Shown here one piece after another: positions 37,120 to 48,037 of a stretch of 64,000 nt of DNA. The stretch's first letter is position 1. Each line of letters opens with the position of its first letter. The stretch is from a virus (taxonomy: Duplodnaviria > Caudoviricetes), in the IMG/VR virus record IMGVR_UViG_3300025362_000477; one strand, given 5' to 3'. The position numbers and the translations under genes were made by a program. The notes beneath the pieces were generated by a model. That model ran no database searches and was not told the DNA's origin. It saw only the letters and a program-made list of their open reading frames with translations.

Positions 37120-38583
37120 ATGAAAAAAAAATATTCAACTATATTAAAAGAGAGTCTGGTTAATTTTGATGGTATTCAAAAATCAACTGGTACCGTAGAT
37201 GACATTTTAAATTTTAAGGGAAAAGGAAATCTCCCAACTCATAAAAAAGCAAGTAATGTTGTATCAGTTCTTGAAGATATGTATTACAAAGAAGATAATG
37301 ATGTCCCATCTAATTTTATGAGAGAGGGCGAAGAAACTGAAGTTGCAGTAGGCACTAAAGCAGTATCTAAAATTGTTCCTGATATAGATAAAGAGAAAGT
37401 ATCAGATCTCAATAAAGCTGATGGTGCAGCTCATGCTAACCCACAGAAACAGAATCAGTTCAAAGATACCATCGTTGATGCCTCGACTGATGATAAAACT
37501 TATGCCACAGAAGACATGGATGATCTTGGTGAAGATCTGGAAGAAGGTATGGATGATCTTGGTGTAGATCTGGAAGAAGATGGCGATATTGAAGAATCTC
37601 TTTTTGAAGAAGGGGATGCTGATTTAGATTCTGAACCTATTGGTGAAAATCTAGAAAATGAACCAGACCATGAAGCTCAGGGTGATCCATCTCGAGATAT
37701 CAATGCTGATAATTCTTACAATAACAATAATACTCTTGGAGATGAAGAGATTAATGGAATGGAAGAAGAAACTGAAGGTCTCCCAAAAACCATGGAATCT
37801 GATGGTGATTTGATGGGTGAGATGGATGATGAACTTGATTCTGAAGAAGATGAAGATGAAGATGATCTTTCAAGTCTACCCGATGACGCTATAGATGGTG
37901 GAGGGGAAGATGATGATATATCTGAAATGGAAGATGAAAGTGAGGTTGGTGGAGATGAAGAAATTGATGATGGGATGGATGATGAGGTTGAAGCTGAACC
38001 AGAAGCTAATCTAAGTGATGAAGAAGACTTGGGTGGTGGAGATGATTTGGGAGATGAAGGCTTTGGTGATGAAGCTGCTCAGATCGATGCTCAAATCGCA
38101 GATCTAGTTGCTAAAAAATTAGAACTGCAAGGTGGAGCTGCTTCTACACCAATTGAAGGTGAAGAAAACTTGGGTGGAGAAGAAGACCTAGGTAGTGAAG
38201 AGGATCTTGGTGATACATCTACAGAAGATGAAGCTGATCTTGCTAGCGTTCCTGGTGAAGAAGATGACATTGATGAAGCTGAAGAAGACCTAGGTGAAGA
38301 GGAAGATGGCGAAGAAGAAGGTGAAGAGGAAGATGGCGAAGAAGAAGGTGAAGAGGAACCTAAAGAAGGTGAAGGTGAAGGAGAAGGAGAAGGAGAAGAT
38401 GCACCTATACTAGATGTTGACGGTGCAGATGCTGGAGAAGAAGATGAAGATGAAGATGATTCGGTTGCTACTCGAGAATCAATTGAAGAATCAGTTGTTG
38501 AACGATTAATTAGAGAAATGAAATTAGAAGAAAGTTCAGATTATTCTGAAGTTGATTTAGATATCGATGACATAGAAGACTAA
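37120..38583 (+). CDS. Extremely acidic low-complexity protein (possible head core/scaffold)
   Basis: Long D/E/G-rich tract; lies upstream of the portal; followed by a terminator. Confidence 0.6.
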   Translation: MKKKYSTILKESLVNFDGIQKSTGTVDDILNFKGKGNLPTHKKASNVVSVLEDMYYKEDNDVPSNFMREGEETEVAVGTKAVSKIVPDIDKEKVSDLNKADGAAHANPQKQNQFKDTIVDASTDDKTYATEDMDDLGEDLEEGMDDLGVDLEEDGDIEESLFEEGDADLDSEPIGENLENEPDHEAQGDPSRDINADNSYNNNNTLGDEEINGMEEETEGLPKTMESDGDLMGEMDDELDSEEDEDEDDLSSLPDDAIDGGGEDDDISEMEDESEVGGDEEIDDGMDDEVEAEPEANLSDEEDLGGGDDLGDEGFGDEAAQIDAQIADLVAKKLELQGGAASTPIEGEENLGGEEDLGSEEDLGDTSTEDEADLASVPGEEDDIDEAEEDLGEEEDGEEEGEEEDGEEEGEEEPKEGEGEGEGEGEDAPILDVDGADAGEEDEDEDDSVATRESIEESVVERLIREMKLEESSDYSEVDLDIDDIED

Positions 38584-38605
38584 TTCTGAGATTAGTTTCA
38601 TAATG

Positions 38606-38639
38606 GGGAGTCCATCAAATGTGATGGGCTCCCTTTATT
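38606..38639 (+). terminator. Rho-independent terminator
   Basis: GGGAGTCCATCA-AATG-TGATGGGCTCCC-TTTATT. Confidence 0.7.
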
Positions 38640-38652
38640 AAAGGATTTTATC

Positions 38653-38904
38653 ATGGCGTCCATCTATAAAATTTTAGAAAAGGGTCATATATTCACATTC
38701 AATAAAAGAAAATATAAATCCCCTTGTTTAGTAACAGTTAAAACTCTACAAGAAAATAAAGCATTGAAAGAAATATTGAATGAAAATATGATATCGGATT
38801 ATATAATTAGTTCGAAGCGATCAAATAAATGTAATCTACACCGAACGATATCATTAGGTAATGGAGATGGTAACATAAAGTTATCATCAGTTATAAGAAA
38901 ATAA
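38653..38904 (+). CDS. Hypothetical protein
   Basis: ORF track, SD. Confidence 0.5.
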   Translation: MASIYKILEKGHIFTFNKRKYKSPCLVTVKTLQENKALKEILNENMISDYIISSKRSNKCNLHRTISLGNGDGNIKLSSVIRK

Positions 38905-38916
38905 AGGAATTAAAAA

Positions 38917-39192
38917 ATGAATAACCGAAAAATTATATTGTATCCCAAATCTGCTATGAAACCTATTATTCTTACTGATACTTCAAATAATACGCTAGAT
39001 GAAATTCAGAAAAAAATTATAAATATTCTTAAAGATAATAAAATATCTATTCTAACAACAGATCATGATAGTATCATTATCAAACCATCTGAAATACAAG
39101 CAGTCTTAGTAACAAATAAAGATGGACATGCACCAATATCAGTGACAAAATATAGTGAGGATTTAAAAGATGATAATGGAACTACTGATTAG
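38917..39192 (+). CDS. Hypothetical protein
   Basis: ORF track, SD. Confidence 0.5.
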   Translation: MNNRKIILYPKSAMKPIILTDTSNNTLDEIQKKIINILKDNKISILTTDHDSIIIKPSEIQAVLVTNKDGHAPISVTKYSEDLKDDNGTTD

Positions 39193-39571
39193 TCTGGTAT
39201 TTATATCTGGGATTTTATATATAATTGATTGGAGAGTCAATCGTTATATTTTAATGAATAAATATAAAATAGTCATGGATTTATTTAATTATTTTTTAGA
39301 TAAATCTTATGATACAATTTATTCTGATCAAATAATTGGATATACTTCAAGTGGTCAAAAAATAATTCCAAATGATGAAATGGAAACAATTGAGAGAAAT
39401 TTTATTAAACTTTCATTACAATTAATGGGTCCAACGAATGAATATCTTTTTCAATCATTTTTTGGACAAAAAACAGTGATGATGGATAATATGTTATTAT
39501 TCGTTCGAGCAAAATTAAATACAGATGCATTAGCCAAAATAATCCAGAATCACGAAAATCAAGGTAAATAA
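39170..39571 (+). CDS. Hypothetical protein with an N-terminal hydrophobic helix
   Basis: LLISLVFISGILYIIDW. Confidence 0.5.
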   Translation: MIMELLISLVFISGILYIIDWRVNRYILMNKYKIVMDLFNYFLDKSYDTIYSDQIIGYTSSGQKIIPNDEMETIERNFIKLSLQLMGPTNEYLFQSFFGQKTVMMDNMLLFVRAKLNTDALAKIIQNHENQGK

Positions 39572-39576
39572 ATATA

Positions 39577-41646
39577 ATGAATGATATTGTTAATTCTATC
39601 AAAGCTTCAATATTAGGAACTAAATCCAGTGAAATTGATAGGGAAATTGATTCTGCATTTAAATCAATTGAAAAATATAGCATCAGTGCAGATAGAAATA
39701 AATACATTGAAACTATTAATAAAATGATTTCTAAAACTGGAGTGGATGCTCCTACTGATATATTGAGGAATATTCAAGGTAATCCGCAAGTACAAAACTT
39801 TGATCAATCTGGACGAGTATCAAGATATGTTGAATATGATGCTATAACGAAAAAGATATCATATTGTCAAAGAGCATTAGAGACATTAGTTGATAATATT
39901 ATATCACCTGATGATATAACCAAAAGAAGTATTGAGTATGTTATAGATAATTCTCAGAGTGAAGAATCTGATAATGTGAAGACTGCTATTGCTAGATGTA
40001 AAAAGATCGAAAAGAAAATCAATTTAGATGCTAAGATTAAACGTATCATTAAAACAGTATTAAAGAAAGGTGATAATTTTATTGAACTGTTGGTTTCTCC
40101 TAAAGGTGAGAATGCATTAACAGTTATCCAGGAAGGTGTATCATATGATGTTACCGATAAAATTTTATCTATGGGTTCTCTAATTGAAAGTACGTTACAT
40201 TATACTACAACTACTAAGAATGAAAATCATAAAGAGATTATCAATGAACATACCTTCAATGCTAAAGTTCAATTAGAATATACTTCAATGGGTGGGCCTT
40301 TTGCTGGTTTATCAGCTTCAACTTCAAATAACAGACCAAATCAGATTCCATATTATAATGGACAAAGTCAATCTACTGATGGTCATATTGCTAGTTCAGA
40401 TGATCCTCCAGGAAAAGATAATAGATTTAAAGCTAAATATGATAAGGATTCATCTATTAAAGATGATAATGTATTACGATTGAGAGATATTTTTACAGCC
40501 GTTCATGATCCAAAGTATGTCATAAGATTAGAAACTGAAAGATTTAAATCATGTCTGGGTTATTTAGTGTTTCCGAAAGTCGATCCTCGTTTAGCTCAAG
40601 CGAGCAGTCTTATGTCGGCAGGTGCTCAGACAGTTGACGGTTTATGTTTAGATATTATAAAACAATTGCAATCTAAACTAAAAACTTCTAATGATAATAT
40701 TAAAATGTCTGATGAGTTAAGAACTGTTGTTCTTAGTTATTTATCGATTATTGAAAAGAATGAAGATTTAAAAGTGAGATATGTACCACCTGAATTAATG
40801 GTTCATTGGAGATTGAATCCAGAATCTTATGATCCTTATGGTGAATCTATATTTGATTGTGTAAATTTTGATTGTCGGTTACTTATGGCCTTGAAAACTG
40901 CCAAAACAATTAAACAATTAACTTTTGCTACTGATAAAAGGGTGATTTCAGTAGAGACAGGTTTACCTCGAGATGCAAAAAATATAATTGAATCAATTAA
41001 AGAAAGTATATCAAAGCGTAAAGTATCGATTGATAGCATGGGAAGTATTAATTCAATACCGTCTCAGATTCCGACTTTTGAAACTATTTATATTCCTATG
41101 CGAGATGGTAAGAAATTTGTCGAGATAGATAATCAACAATGGGGACAAAATCCACAAGAGGATGTTGAAAATCTTAAATTTATTAGAGATAATATTGTAG
41201 CAAATTTGGGAGTTCCTGCTCCATATTTAGGTCTAGAAGAAAATACGTCCAATAGATCTTTACTTACAGTTGAAAATATTAATTTTTGTAGAACTATTAT
41301 TTCTTTTCAAAAAGAATTATCAGTTCCTCTAAAAGAATTATTTCAAAAGATCATTGATTTAGCATTTCCAGAATCATCAGATCAATTAAATTCGATAAAT
41401 ATCACATTCCCAGAACCAAAAATTAGTCCATATGAACATCAAATGGAATATGTTGAACAAATACAGAGATTGATTGAAGCTTTGAAAACTATGGGAATAC
41501 CGGAAAATTTCTTAAAGAAAAAATATTTGCCCAATATAAATTGGGATGAAGTTACTAAATTTGCTGCTCAGGAAAAACTTGATAAAGAGATTGGTGAACA
41601 GCCAGCTGATCAAGATCAAATGGGTGGAATGGGAGGAATATATTAA
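39577..41646 (+). CDS. Portal protein (T4 gp20-like)
   Basis: YGESIF, ETIYIP.RDG, LGVPAPYL; position before protease and capsid. Confidence 0.85.
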   Translation: MNDIVNSIKASILGTKSSEIDREIDSAFKSIEKYSISADRNKYIETINKMISKTGVDAPTDILRNIQGNPQVQNFDQSGRVSRYVEYDAITKKISYCQRALETLVDNIISPDDITKRSIEYVIDNSQSEESDNVKTAIARCKKIEKKINLDAKIKRIIKTVLKKGDNFIELLVSPKGENALTVIQEGVSYDVTDKILSMGSLIESTLHYTTTTKNENHKEIINEHTFNAKVQLEYTSMGGPFAGLSASTSNNRPNQIPYYNGQSQSTDGHIASSDDPPGKDNRFKAKYDKDSSIKDDNVLRLRDIFTAVHDPKYVIRLETERFKSCLGYLVFPKVDPRLAQASSLMSAGAQTVDGLCLDIIKQLQSKLKTSNDNIKMSDELRTVVLSYLSIIEKNEDLKVRYVPPELMVHWRLNPESYDPYGESIFDCVNFDCRLLMALKTAKTIKQLTFATDKRVISVETGLPRDAKNIIESIKESISKRKVSIDSMGSINSIPSQIPTFETIYIPMRDGKKFVEIDNQQWGQNPQEDVENLKFIRDNIVANLGVPAPYLGLEENTSNRSLLTVENINFCRTIISFQKELSVPLKELFQKIIDLAFPESSDQLNSINITFPEPKISPYEHQMEYVEQIQRLIEALKTMGIPENFLKKKYLPNINWDEVTKFAAQEKLDKEIGEQPADQDQMGGMGGIY

Positions 41647-41647
41647 T

Positions 41648-42727
41648 ATGAATACACGTGATGCATATAATATGGTTCATGATATTATTTTTGAACAACA
41701 AAATGCTGATTATACTGGAACTGTTAGATCTATTCCAACTGATAAATCTATATGTAGTGATAGATCTATACCTAGTAAGATTAATAACGATCCAAAATTA
41801 ATGATCATTAAAAAGAAAGCTGCTGAACTATCTGCTATGGCTGAATTAGAACAATCAAAAAATAAACTAAAAAAGGCTGGCATGGAAAGGGATCATCTTG
41901 AAGATGAAGAATCTAGACTTGAGGATGAAAAATCTGTCATGAAAAAGCGAGAAGATGAAGAAGAAATTAAATTTCCGAGAGAATCTGAGCCTGAACAAGA
42001 AGAGCCTGAAGTGGATGAAAAACAATTTGAAGAATCTTTAACTGAAGCCGATGAGGATTTCGAAGATGATGAAGTTCCGCCACATAGTGATGAACCAGCA
42101 GAATCTAATATTGAAATATCTGGTGTTACATCACAGAATGAAGAAGAAGCTAAGATTTCTCAGATTCAAGCTAAGACTAGAGAGATTCAAGCCAAGATAG
42201 GAGAGTATACTCCACCAGGTGGTGAAGTTCAAGGTGATGAAGGTGAAGAAGGCATGGAAGATGAGGGAGGAGATGAAATCGATCCTATGACTGGGATGCC
42301 TGTAGCAGAACCAGAACCACCTGATCCAATTGAAGGATTTGGTGATACTACTGATCCGAATGCTCAACAAGATATGATGATGGGTGGAATGGGTGGAATG
42401 GATCCTATGACTGGTCAACCTATGGATGACTCAGCATCTAAAACACCAAGTGCGATTGGTAGATTATATATGATGAAGAAAATATATACTCGTTTATCTC
42501 TTCTTGATAATATTCTAATAAATTGCCCAGATCAAGAAATTAATGAATTACGAGAAGATACCAAAGAAGCGTTTGAAGTATTTAAATTAATAGCAAATAA
42601 TTTAAAATCTTTTAAAGATAAAGCAGATGAAATAATTATCGACTATTATATCCTAGTTAGAGATATTACTAAACAACTTGAAGCTCATTTCAAACAAAGA
42701 AAGATGATGTCTGAGGATCAGTATTAA
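41648..42727 (+). CDS. Acidic head-assembly region protein (start revised to MNTRDAY)
   Basis: GGAGG SD; E/D-rich with helical termini. Confidence 0.55.
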   Translation: MNTRDAYNMVHDIIFEQQNADYTGTVRSIPTDKSICSDRSIPSKINNDPKLMIIKKKAAELSAMAELEQSKNKLKKAGMERDHLEDEESRLEDEKSVMKKREDEEEIKFPRESEPEQEEPEVDEKQFEESLTEADEDFEDDEVPPHSDEPAESNIEISGVTSQNEEEAKISQIQAKTREIQAKIGEYTPPGGEVQGDEGEEGMEDEGGDEIDPMTGMPVAEPEPPDPIEGFGDTTDPNAQQDMMMGGMGGMDPMTGQPMDDSASKTPSAIGRLYMMKKIYTRLSLLDNILINCPDQEINELREDTKEAFEVFKLIANNLKSFKDKADEIIIDYYILVRDITKQLEAHFKQRKMMSEDQY

Positions 42728-42758
42728 ATCCGAATAAAATAAAAGTGAGGATTATATT

Positions 42759-43451
42759 ATGCCAGAAATTATTACACGAAGAGATATGAAGAAGTCTGTT
42801 TTTTTAAATATTGTTACAGAATCAGCTGTGTTTTCTGCACCTGAAAAGGTTAGGAAATATACAGATGGTAAAGTAGTATTTGAAGCATATCTTCAAGAAG
42901 CTGATGCTAAGAATCAGAATAAAAGATATTATCCACGAAGAGTTTTAGATATTGCTATGAATAAAATAAACGATAAAATTAAACGTCGTGCATTTTTAGG
43001 TGAATTAGATCATCCAATTACTGATGATCAGGTCCGTCAAACAACTGTGATGTATCAAAATGTATCTCATATCATTCGTGAATGGGGCTGGGATGGTGGT
43101 ATGATCAAAGGTGTTGTTGAGACTACTCCTTATTCACAGAGTGGAAAAATGTTATCAGGAATGATTTATGATCGAATTCCGGTTGGGTTTTCTCTCCGTG
43201 GACTAGCTGATGTTGAAGATAGAGGAACTTATCAAGAGGTTATGGATCCTCTTATTGTTATATGTTATGATAGTGTTTCCGAACCAAGTCATGCATCTGC
43301 AACAATACAAGAAATACGAAATGAAAACGTAATCCATATAATAAACGAATCAAACCATCTTATTAGATGTAGTAACGGAAAAAGTTACATACCAAACTAC
43401 TTTGATGAATTAATTGAACGACGCATACTTAATTTAACGAAAAGATACTAA
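42759..43451 (+). CDS. Prohead core protease (gp21-like)
   Basis: KNQNKRYYP, LGELDHP, GFSLRG, DSVSEPS. Confidence 0.92.
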   Translation: MPEIITRRDMKKSVFLNIVTESAVFSAPEKVRKYTDGKVVFEAYLQEADAKNQNKRYYPRRVLDIAMNKINDKIKRRAFLGELDHPITDDQVRQTTVMYQNVSHIIREWGWDGGMIKGVVETTPYSQSGKMLSGMIYDRIPVGFSLRGLADVEDRGTYQEVMDPLIVICYDSVSEPSHASATIQEIRNENVIHIINESNHLIRCSNGKSYIPNYFDELIERRILNLTKRY

Positions 43452-43519
43452 GTTATACTTCAAAGTTATATTTACTAATATTAACGCAAACAATTACTAA
43501 CTGATACGGAAATGTAAAA

Positions 43520-43804
43520 ATGATAGAACAAATTAAAAATAAAAAGATGGTTATAGAAGATTTTTATAATCAATTGAAGATAATTCTAGAGAAAGATGAA
43601 TTTAATATCTTCAAGACAAAATCAAAGAAACAACTTGAACATAAATTTGAAATTAGCAATTCTAAAATTCAAAAATTGTTAGATTTAAAAATTAGATCAT
43701 CAGATGAAATTAAAAAATTAACTTCAGAAAAAAAGAATTTAAAACAAACAGCCCAAAAATTAAAAAACTCAATAATTAGTAAATTGGATTTGGAGGTTGC
43801 ATAA
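43520..43804 (+). CDS. Small coiled-coil protein
   Basis: ORF track. Confidence 0.5.
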   Translation: MIEQIKNKKMVIEDFYNQLKIILEKDEFNIFKTKSKKQLEHKFEISNSKIQKLLDLKIRSSDEIKKLTSEKKNLKQTAQKLKNSIISKLDLEVA

Positions 43805-44214
43805 TGGATATTGAAAAAACAAAAGTCATAGATTCAAATGCAATTAACGGAACCGATGCATCTAAGATTATTTTAATGGATGGATTAATAGAGTATTTTT
43901 CGCCACTGTTTTATGAAGACCTCAGAAAGAAACAGGGGCAAGTACGAAGTAATGAGGATGATATCAAGAAATTGAAATCTCACATTGAGCGAAATAGAAA
44001 AATTCTTGTTAAATTACACAATGATATTATGATTGAGAATCTCAAATGCAATATTTTGAAAGAGATTCAGTATCTTAGTAAACTTGATGTATTATATGGT
44101 AAGAATAAAATTACAGTTCAAAGTATCATTTCAGCTATTGATAAATTAAGCCTTGAAAATTTGAAGAAGAGATTGGCTCTCCTTCAAAAACTTGTCAAAA
44201 CCAAGAGAGGATGA
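43804..44214 (+). CDS. Small coiled-coil protein (possible scaffold)
   Basis: ORF track; between protease and capsid genes. Confidence 0.5.
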   Translation: MDIEKTKVIDSNAINGTDASKIILMDGLIEYFSPLFYEDLRKKQGQVRSNEDDIKKLKSHIERNRKILVKLHNDIMIENLKCNILKEIQYLSKLDVLYGKNKITVQSIISAIDKLSLENLKKRLALLQKLVKTKRG

Positions 44215-44218
44215 TAAT

Positions 44219-45685
44219 ATGAAAACAATGCTAAAAGAAGCATACAAATTCACACTTAAGAGCACAGGTATCGATCCTTCGAAACCAGGTGCAATTCGTG
44301 AGATTCTTGTGAATGATCAGCATTTTGATACGTATATTCGCTCACTTTCTGAGGGTATCGATACTAAAGATCAGACTGCCTTCAAAGTCCTAAGTGAGAA
44401 TACACGTAGAGCACTGCTAGAGAATTCAATGTATCAACTTAACCCATATGAAACACTGGCACTGCCTCTGTTACGCGTATTCTTCCCGAAGACTATTGCT
44501 AAAGAGCTGGTAACTGTTGTTCCTATGGATAAACCCGAAATTGTTCGTGGTTTCATTCGTGCAACATTCAAACGTTTTGGAGATGGTACTAATTACCAGG
44601 CACCTTCAAATACTGACATTTCACGCGGTCCTGATATTACTGTTCCTCTAACGAGCGCAGTTGATATTCCTTGTACTGAAGATCTGTTAGCTAAAGCTGG
44701 ATTGAATTCTGATATTGCTCATATCGAAAAAGATTTCACTATTACTGGTGTTATCATGGGTTCTACCAATGAAGAAGTTCAGGTTAATATTGCACCTACA
44801 GTTGATGGTGAATTTTCTGCATCAGTAACTAATGCTGCTGGTACTATTACTGAAACTCTAACTGGTCGTATCAATCTGCTTACAGGTACACTGGAATGTG
44901 CTTCTGTTGGTGCTCAGATTAAGAAAATTGCATTCAATTGCACAGTTTCTCTTGAAGAGAATACAATTAACCCTCGCGTAACTTTCAATATTGATAAGCT
45001 ACGTTTGATTGCTAAAGATCGTCAGATCAGCACAGAGTGGACAATTCAGATGGAACAGGATATTAAAGCCCTGTTTAATGTTGACGTACAGGCCGAGTTG
45101 GTTTCTGTTATTGGTCAGCAAATTGTTCTTGATGTAGACCGTGAAATTGTTAACTCACTTCTATATGCTTGTGAACGTTTGAATGGCGCAAGTCATAATA
45201 AAACATTTGACAAGAATCCTGCTAGTTATAGTCCTCAGTACACTTGGGGTCCTAAACAGTGGATGGAAAATGTTCTGCCTGTTCTTAATGAACTGTCAGC
45301 AGCTGTATACACTGATACTAACATCGCGGCTGCAAACGTTCTCGCTTGTAACCCTCTAGATGCAACTATCTTTGAATCTCTGAATAACTTCCGTTATACA
45401 GGTAAGAGTGATGAAGATGGTGTAGTTGGTTATGAATCAGCGACTGTTGCTAATGGGAAATGGAAAATGCTGGTAAGTTCAGTAGTTCCTCAGGGTAAAG
45501 TGCTTAATATTTATAAACCTGCTGAAGAAATGAAAGCAGTTTATATATTTGCTCCATATGTGCCTGCCGTGTTAACACCCTATCCCCTAGGAAACGTTCC
45601 TTCACTGACTGTTCTAAGTCGTTATGGTACTCAGCTGATACGTCCTCAGGGTATTTCAGTCCTGAACGTAATTCAGACTACCTAA
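44219..45685 (+). CDS. Major capsid protein (gp23-like, HK97 fold); start revised to MKTML
   Basis: IAKELVTVVPMDKP, RQISTEWTIQMEQDIKA, IVLDVDREI, YIFAPYVP, SRYG; strongly biased codon usage. Confidence 0.93.
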   Translation: MKTMLKEAYKFTLKSTGIDPSKPGAIREILVNDQHFDTYIRSLSEGIDTKDQTAFKVLSENTRRALLENSMYQLNPYETLALPLLRVFFPKTIAKELVTVVPMDKPEIVRGFIRATFKRFGDGTNYQAPSNTDISRGPDITVPLTSAVDIPCTEDLLAKAGLNSDIAHIEKDFTITGVIMGSTNEEVQVNIAPTVDGEFSASVTNAAGTITETLTGRINLLTGTLECASVGAQIKKIAFNCTVSLEENTINPRVTFNIDKLRLIAKDRQISTEWTIQMEQDIKALFNVDVQAELVSVIGQQIVLDVDREIVNSLLYACERLNGASHNKTFDKNPASYSPQYTWGPKQWMENVLPVLNELSAAVYTDTNIAAANVLACNPLDATIFESLNNFRYTGKSDEDGVVGYESATVANGKWKMLVSSVVPQGKVLNIYKPAEEMKAVYIFAPYVPAVLTPYPLGNVPSLTVLSRYGTQLIRPQGISVLNVIQTT

Positions 45686-45709
45686 TCTTTTTTAGATTAA
45701 TTTTAAACG

Positions 45710-45740
45710 TCCCTCTAGGTTAATTCCTAGAGGGATTTTT
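45710..45740. terminator. Terminator after the major capsid gene
   Basis: TCCCTCTAGG-TTAATT-CCTAGAGGGA-TTTTT. Confidence 0.8.
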
Positions 45741-45750
45741 CCCACAGTAT

Positions 45751-47472
45751 TTATTTTTTCATTACAAATTTATAATTCCCACAATCATAAATCCATGCAT
45801 ATTTTTCAAGTGACATAATTTGAAATTCTGTTAATGATGGATCATATGAATTCATATTCACTAATCGTTTTTTACTAAAATTGAGTCGATGTTTTCTACC
45901 AGTAATTCCCTTTCCCCAATACCAATAATTTGGAGATGTAATATAATCCAAGTTAAAACCTAATTTGTAATATACATTTCCAATCGACCATCTCATATCA
46001 GCGAATGATATAATTTCAATCCATTCATTTTCTCGTTTAAATGTTTGTAATAATTTCGATGCTCCTCCATATATAATAGTATTTTCTAAACTACAAAATC
46101 TATCTAATTCATATCGACAAGTTTGATTTTTGCTACTGAATGTCATAACCGAAACTAATTTATTTTCATAATATAATCCATAATTAATTTGGGAAACTTT
46201 ATCTCCCTGTAAATGATATCTTTTCAAAAATTTAGATTTAGTTGTAAAATCAATATGTCTCACTTGACATTTCGATGCTCTAATCTTATGTAATATATTT
46301 GATTTCCCCAATATAGAAGCTAATCTAGATTTTACTAAATTTTTATTTAATATCCATTCATCTTCAAATATAGTAATTAATTGATATGATTTACTAGATG
46401 TTTCATGCATTTTATTTTTATGATAATTTTTATCTCGAAGATAAGGGGCATTTCCTCCACTACTATGGCACCATAACCCACAATATTCAATGGCTATTTT
46501 TCTTTCAGGTATGACAATATCTAATTCAAGTGGTGATATAATAGATCTATCATTATCAATAACAACTAAATCTAACGATCTAATATAATTTGAAATTTCT
46601 TTTTCTTGAAATGATGATCCATTATTGCGGGGATAGCATGTTGGACATACTCCTCCTCCTTGTTGGAATGAATTCCATAATATTTGAAAATCAGTATTAC
46701 ATTTATCACAATGTAAAGTTACATTTTCATGGGCATGAGTATAATCAGATACAAGATGATATCCTCTGGATTCGATTAATAAATTAACATATTTATAGAA
46801 TTCTTCAGTTTGTAAACTCTTTCGAACCTTTTCTCGATTCTCTTCTAAATACATTACGTTATCTACACCATATTTTAAAAGACATGTTGTTTTTCTTTTT
46901 TCTTGTGTCTCATAAGTTTGTGTAGACCATTCTTTTCCACAATTTTTTATATGGGTTTTCTTTTTCTTATCTGTTATACTTTTATGAGATAATCCATCAT
47001 CACCAAAATGTTTTTGAATAGTTTCTTTCTTTTTTAATTTCACAGAATCTAATTGATTAGTACTAGTGACTCCATATTTTTCAAAAACAGTTTTTTTAGC
47101 TTTATTCTTAACTTCAATTCTTTGCATTGGATTCTCTACTCCATATCTGGATAGATTTGTTTTTTTAATTTTTTCTCTATATTCATATGAGTATGGAAAA
47201 CATTTTGCACAATAAAGAGAATATCCATCAGATATAGATTTGAATCGCACTCGTGATATACATTTATCATTTAATGATGGACATGTAGGGGGAGTGATCA
47301 TATCATTTATAATTAAAAAAATAGATTCAGCCATACTCTTTATATTATTATCTATTTGAAATTTTTTAACTATTTCAAAAATATTGGGATGTTTAAATTT
47401 TAATTTTCTAATTATACCTTGTGGTTTAGTTTCTAAAATTAAATTTTTTAAAATAAGTATATTATCATTCAT
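45751..47472 (-). CDS. Hef-like homing endonuclease, antisense to the capsid gene
   Basis: KYG repeats, ELDI.IPE.KIAIEYCGLWCHS, ITIFEDEW, C-terminal FADMRWS.G.VY..LGF...YDCG. Confidence 0.8.
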   Translation of the reverse strand: MNDNILILKNLILETKPQGIIRKLKFKHPNIFEIVKKFQIDNNIKSMAESIFLIINDMITPPTCPSLNDKCISRVRFKSISDGYSLYCAKCFPYSYEYREKIKKTNLSRYGVENPMQRIEVKNKAKKTVFEKYGVTSTNQLDSVKLKKKETIQKHFGDDGLSHKSITDKKKKTHIKNCGKEWSTQTYETQEKRKTTCLLKYGVDNVMYLEENREKVRKSLQTEEFYKYVNLLIESRGYHLVSDYTHAHENVTLHCDKCNTDFQILWNSFQQGGGVCPTCYPRNNGSSFQEKEISNYIRSLDLVVIDNDRSIISPLELDIVIPERKIAIEYCGLWCHSSGGNAPYLRDKNYHKNKMHETSSKSYQLITIFEDEWILNKNLVKSRLASILGKSNILHKIRASKCQVRHIDFTTKSKFLKRYHLQGDKVSQINYGLYYENKLVSVMTFSSKNQTCRYELDRFCSLENTIIYGGASKLLQTFKRENEWIEIISFADMRWSIGNVYYKLGFNLDYITSPNYWYWGKGITGRKHRLNFSKKRLVNMNSYDPSLTEFQIMSLEKYAWIYDCGNYKFVMKK

Positions 47473-47596
47473 AAGTTAGTAACCTCGTTTATATCTTCGT
47501 ACTTTATATATTATTCTATCTTTATTTAATATCATTCTTGCGTCAAAGATATTAAATCTCATTTCTAGAACTAAATAAAAATTAAAAGGAGTTTAT

Positions 47597-47887
47597 ATGA
47601 AAGAACCCATATACGATTATGAAGATGGAATTTTTGAAATACGAGCTAATTGTTATGAAGGTCCTAATAATGATCAAGTAAAACCGACGTTATGGGGTTG
47701 GATGAATGGTGATATGCAAGGTGAAGAAAGTGATGCATCATTTATTATAGATCCCAAAGATGGATTTTTTCCTATTGGGACAAAAATAAGTATAAGATTT
47801 CCACATTGTCCAAATTGTGATATGAGTCAAGAAAATTGTGATTGTGGATATGATTGGAATGAATGGATAGAAAATAAGTTTAGTTAA
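47597..47887 (+). CDS. Small hypothetical protein with a Cys cluster
   Basis: CPNC...CDCG; AAGGAG SD. Confidence 0.55.
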   Translation: MKEPIYDYEDGIFEIRANCYEGPNNDQVKPTLWGWMNGDMQGEESDASFIIDPKDGFFPIGTKISIRFPHCPNCDMSQENCDCGYDWNEWIENKFS

Positions 47888-48037
47888 AATACTAAAGGAA
47901 TGATTGATGATATATTTAACAATGATAAACCCGTTTATTGGGATGATGAAAACAAAAAATTATACTGGATTGAGTGGGAAGAAACAGGAAATAATGATAT
48001 TCCCCATAGACATTATATAACTTAAAAGGAACTTAAA

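Noticed and set aside
38280-38410. GAA/GGT tandem repeats as a separate regulatory or VNTR element
   Set aside because: Fully explained by the codons of the E/G-rich protein.
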